From the NCBI GenBank assembly GCA_964521325.1, contig CAZFRL010000003.1:6373-70372 (forward strand): DNA of 64,000 bases. Direction: 5' to 3'. Shown one piece after another: positions 62,101 through 64,000 of this stretch. A program made the position numbers and the translations under genes. This DNA comes from an uncultured Dehalococcoidales bacterium. Its GTDB lineage: Bacteria; Chloroflexota; Dehalococcoidia; Dehalococcoidales; CAZFRL01. The notes beneath the pieces are model-generated. The model was not told the DNA's origin and did no database searches. It saw nothing but the letters and a program-made list of their open reading frames with translations. The number at the start of each line of letters is the position of its first letter. Position 1 is the stretch's first letter.

Positions 62101-62519
62101 GCCGGAGTGCTGATGGCTTCTTCCTGGAGAAGCATCCCAAGCTCGACCCAGTAGCTACAATGAGTGATGGTATCTTCGTGGTTGGCTGCGCTCAAGGTCC
62201 CAAGGATATACCGGACAGTGTAGCTCAGGCTTCAGCCGCTGCAGCCCGGGTTCTGGCTATGATTAATGTGGGCACTGTTGAGATTGAGGCAGCTACTGCC
62301 GTTATCGACGAAAGAATCTGCTCCGGCTGCCAGATTTGTAAGCTTGTGTGTCCCTATGCTGCTATCTCCTTTGACGAAGAGAAGGAGGTGTGTCGGGTTA
62401 ATGAAATTCTATGCAAGGGGTGTGGTGCCTGTGTTGGTGGTTGTCCCAGTGATGCTATAAGCCTTAGTCACTTCACTAATGAGCAAATCCTGGCGGAGAT
62501 GGAGGGTATGCTGGTATAG
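59139..62519 (+). CDS. HdrA-like protein with internal GltD/NfnB-like NAD(P)H-FAD module (HdrL-type architecture)
   Basis: 1126 aa. Residues 1-287 and ~760-1126 are collinear with the upstream HdrA. Residues ~288-755 (nt ~60000-61400) carry CRAACPAGV...C.RVCTHPCE..C, VAIIGSGPAGLACAYDL, GGLLRYGIPEYRLP and VIIGGGNAAVDAAR, i.e. the glutamate-synthase small-subunit-like fold. Confidence 0.85.
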   Translation: MEPRIGVYICHCGSNIAGTVDVEQVAQFAQNLDSVVVARDYKFMCSDPGQQLIKDDIKELGLNRIVVASCSPTMHEPTFRRVCQESGLNPYVFEMANIREHCSWVTEDHGEATEKAKALVSAAVRRVYYHQPLETRRVSINPNTLVVGGGISGIQAALEIADSEHKVYLVEREPSIGGHMCQLDKTFPTLDCSACILTPKMSDVGSHPYIELMSYSDIVDVSGFVGNFKVKIKKKPRYVDVDKCTGCSDCANVCPVELPAEFEFGRSQRKAIYRPFPQAVPNAFTIDKRGYPPCRAACPAGVNAQGYIALISQGKFKEALNLFRETQPFARVCGRVCTHPCEIDCERGGVDEPIAIRSLKRFMADYELKVGREKATPVEKTKKEEVAIIGSGPAGLACAYDLIREGYPVTVFEAAPQAGGLLRYGIPEYRLPNEIVDNEISYIEELGVEIKTNAPVKDLENIFNQGYHAVFLAAGAGTSQKMGIPNEDTKGVIHALDFLNQVNLGTEVSLGNRVVIIGGGNAAVDAARVSRRLGAKEVTIVYRRSRAEMPAVKSEVDEAEREGVKIHILAAPVKILSQNDHLTGIRCIQMELGEPDASGRRRPIPIKGSEFDMDVDNVIIAIGQAVDKPALPKELEYTGWGTLSVDPVTLQTNIEGVFAGGDVVAGPADVIAAIAVGKEAAISVSRYIRGEDLTEGRPTSIKRVQEVSKEGVEKKARSAMPMLELEKRKGFNEVELGFDEKMAIEEAGRCLNCGVCSECMECVKVCEVNAINHEMEEEIVEVEVGNIIVATGFNLFEPTGIYQYGYGSLDNVLTSLEFERMVNASGPTTGEIVLKDGSHPQSVAIIHCVGSRDKDYHEYCSRVCCMYSMKFSHLLREHVPGIKVYEFYHNDIRSFGKGFEEFYNRVIDEGTIFIQSRPTRVTNIAETPEEKEKLIVQYELVDSSQCRQPVDYELDSSQYRQPVDMVILSCAMEPQPDVEAVARLFGISRSADGFFLEKHPKLDPVATMSDGIFVVGCAQGPKDIPDSVAQASAAAARVLAMINVGTVEIEAATAVIDERICSGCQICKLVCPYAAISFDEEKEVCRVNEILCKGCGACVGGCPSDAISLSHFTNEQILAEMEGMLV
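61479..62519 (+). repeat. high-identity paralogous block, copy 2
   Basis: Counterpart of 58053-59048. It is 45 nt longer: a 42-nt tandem-duplication unit plus one extra codon (YHNDIR versus YVDIR). Confidence 0.8.
61950..62030 (+). repeat. in-frame tandem duplication (42 nt + 39 nt) inside the HdrA-GltD gene
   Basis: tatgaattagtagacagttcacaatgtcgtcaaccggtggat / tatgaattagacagttcacaatatcgccaaccagtggat. This encodes YELVDSSQCRQPVD-YELDSSQYRQPVD, whereas hdrA at 58519-58560 has a single YELDSSQCRQPVD. Confidence 0.9.
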
Positions 62520-62528
62520 CAATACCCC

Positions 62529-63401
62529 TTAATATTCACTAGAGATAAAGTTCTTAATCTGGGCATAGGTAAATATCGGCCCGTCACGACATACGTATAG
62601 ATTACCAATATTACACCGCCCGCACTTACCTACACCGCACTTCATTCTTTTTTCCAGAGTGGTTATCATTTGCTCTGGGGCAAAGCCCAGCTTTTCTAGC
62701 ACAGGGAAGGTAAACCGTATCATAATCGGTGGTCCACAGACAACAGCTACGGCATTGTTAGCTGAGGGAGCTACCTGCTCCAATACCGCCGGAACAAACC
62801 CCTCTCTTCCCGTCCAATTCTCATCGCCTTTGTCAACAGTGGTTACCATGCTTACTGTTTTGTCCTTCTCCCACGCATCCGAGTCATACTTAAAGCAGAG
62901 GTCAGCAGGACTACGAGCCCCGTAGATTATGTCTATATTTTTATATTTATCCCTGTTATCCAAGACGTTCCAAATTAGAGACCGTAACGGGGCTAACCCG
63001 ATGCCGCCGGCAACAAAAACCAGGTTCTTACCCTGTAAGAAATCAAGGGGGAAGCTATTACCATAGGGACCTCGAAAACCTATCTCAGCACCGACACCAA
63101 GCCGGTGGAGGGCGTTGGTTACTTTTCCCACCTTGTTTATGGCACACTCCAGGTGGTCGCTTCGGGTGGGGCTGGAGGAAATACAAAAGGTAGCTTCACC
63201 GATGCCAAAGACAGATAATTCAGCGAATTGCCCTGAGTCAAAGGTAAATTCTTTCTTCAGTTTCTCATCTTTAAAATTAAGATGGAAGGTTCTGACAGTA
63301 GGGGTTTCATCAATTATTTTCTCTACTATTGCTATGTGAGGCAGATAAACATTATCCTTGGCAAGGAATCTCCTCCTCTGGCTAATATCAGTAATTGTCA
63401 T
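62529..63401 (-). CDS. FAD/NAD(P)-binding oxidoreductase with C-terminal [2Fe-2S] (AsrB/HydG/PyrK/FloxA-like)
   Basis: The start is moved to the ATG at 63401 (GGAGAA SD); the track start is 63428. Ferredoxin-reductase-type FAD and NAD domains (GGIGLAP) and CGVGKCGRC....VC.DGPIF. Confidence 0.8.
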   Translation of the reverse strand: MTITDISQRRRFLAKDNVYLPHIAIVEKIIDETPTVRTFHLNFKDEKLKKEFTFDSGQFAELSVFGIGEATFCISSSPTRSDHLECAINKVGKVTNALHRLGVGAEIGFRGPYGNSFPLDFLQGKNLVFVAGGIGLAPLRSLIWNVLDNRDKYKNIDIIYGARSPADLCFKYDSDAWEKDKTVSMVTTVDKGDENWTGREGFVPAVLEQVAPSANNAVAVVCGPPIMIRFTFPVLEKLGFAPEQMITTLEKRMKCGVGKCGRCNIGNLYVCRDGPIFTYAQIKNFISSEY

Positions 63402-63447
63402 CTTCAGTTCTCCAATTATAAATACCACCTGGCCAAGTTGATTGAAG

Positions 63448-64000
63448 CTATGCCTCAGCTGGCAGTCTGTCCAGTGTTTGAGTAATATCCCAGTTTACCG
63501 GGCATTGACGAATGCACCTTCCACATCCAGTGCAGGCAATGACGCCAAAATTCATCGGGTAGAATCCATATTTATGGTATACCTTCTGTCTCACCCGCCG
63601 CCACTTTTCTTCTCTGGGGTTTTCCATTGGCATCTTGGTATAGATGGGGAAAGCACAGCTATCCCAGCTTCTAAATCTGGCTCCCAAGCCCTTAGCCAGT
63701 TCATCATTAATATCGAAGCAATAACAGGTGGGACAAAGGAAGGTGCAAATACCACAACTTATACACTTGGCGGCTATTCCTTCCCAGAAGTCCTGATTGT
63801 CAAACGAAGACGATAGTTTTCGCTTGATATCCTCAGTATCTATCTTTCTGGTTACCTTATTGTAGGACGCTTCTTTTGCTTCCTTGGCTTTAGCTTCATC
63901 GGCTTCACTTGCCTCTTCTACCCCGCTAGCTGCAGCGATTAGCTTTTTGCCTTTATCGGTAACCTCTTCAATTAAAAACTCATCACCAATATCAATAAGC
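63448..64000 (-). CDS. 4Fe-4S dicluster protein (AsrA/HydB/FloxB-like), N-terminus beyond the right window edge
   Basis: The track shows only the last 79 codons. Manual reverse translation stays open to the window edge: LIDIGDEFLIEEV...DIKRKLSSSFDNQDFWEGIAAKCISCGICTFLCPTCYCFDINDE...SWDSCAF...CTGCGRCIRQCP. It has two CxxCxxCxxxCP motifs. Confidence 0.8.
   Translation of the reverse strand, partial: LIDIGDEFLIEEVTDKGKKLIAAASGVEEASEADEAKAKEAKEASYNKVTRKIDTEDIKRKLSSSFDNQDFWEGIAAKCISCGICTFLCPTCYCFDINDELAKGLGARFRSWDSCAFPIYTKMPMENPREEKWRRVRQKVYHKYGFYPMNFGVIACTGCGRCIRQCPVNWDITQTLDRLPAEA

Noticed and set aside
1-64000. Search for CRISPR arrays, tRNA/rRNA genes, transposases/integrases, toxin-antitoxin pairs and known defence-system signatures
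   Set aside because: I saw no regularly spaced direct repeats, no T-loop/anticodon-arm-like structures in the intergenic gaps I examined (3946-4157, 7132-7460, 47288-47480, 55794-55914, 56113-56240, 56886-57092), and no DDE/tyrosine-recombinase or nuclease/ATPase defence motifs in any ORF. The only sizeable DNA repeats are the hdrA paralogy and the promoter cassette.

Overview
All family calls come from reading motifs in the supplied translations and in my own manual translations. No database search was run.

The window looks bacterial: Shine-Dalgarno-led starts, many 4-nt ATGA/GTGA overlaps between genes, and TTGACA/TATAAT-type promoters. There are no rRNA or tRNA genes, CRISPR arrays, transposases or integrases. 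The source is probably an uncultivated anaerobe. A Chloroflexi/Dehalococcoidia-like origin is only a guess, based on a ThrRS without a TGS domain, tandem hdrA genes and a DUF1616-like protein.

Layout:
- 1-1651 (-): thrS, running off the left edge and therefore absent from the ORF track.
- 1.7-7.1 kb: housekeeping and accessory genes. These are an MFS transporter, a HAD phosphatase, a SnoaL-like protein, a polytopic GT-C-like membrane protein and a DUF1616-like membrane protein.
- 7.3-55.8 kb: one very large surface-glycan locus.
  - A ~29-kb plus-strand gene train (7461-36836).
  - Minus-strand operons at 36873-39700 and 41706-55793.
  - It encodes 7 nucleotidyl/cytidylyl-transferase domains and two NeuB-type nonulosonic-acid synthases. 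One synthase lacks the SAF domain; the other is fused to a cytidylyltransferase.
  - It also encodes a KdsB-like enzyme next to an HpcH-type aldolase, a complete GDP-heptose operon with transaldolase, and an RfbF plus radical-SAM pair.
  - Further content: 6 GT2, 2 GT4, several methyltransferases, an MsbA/PglK-like ABC exporter and a deacetylase/FemAB/DegT-like trio.
  - Three ~600-aa orphan proteins and two tandem HPr-kinase-like P-loop proteins have no obvious assigned role.
- 55.9-56.9 kb: a 65-aa XRE regulator and a DUF457-like membrane hydrolase.
- 57.1-62.5 kb: tandem hdrA paralogues. The second carries a ~1.4-kb GltD-like insertion.
- 62.5-64.0 kb (-): an AsrAB/HydBG/Flox-like NAD(P)H module, running off the right edge.

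Most noteworthy:
- A TGCCA-N2-TGGCA palindrome sits exactly 6 nt upstream of a TTGACA box at the XRE gene's own promoter and at two glycan-operon promoters.
- The three orphan ~600-aa proteins share two motifs at constant spacing.
- The HprK-like pair shows complementary motif decay.
- The aldolase plus KdsB-like module may be a non-canonical ulosonic-acid route.
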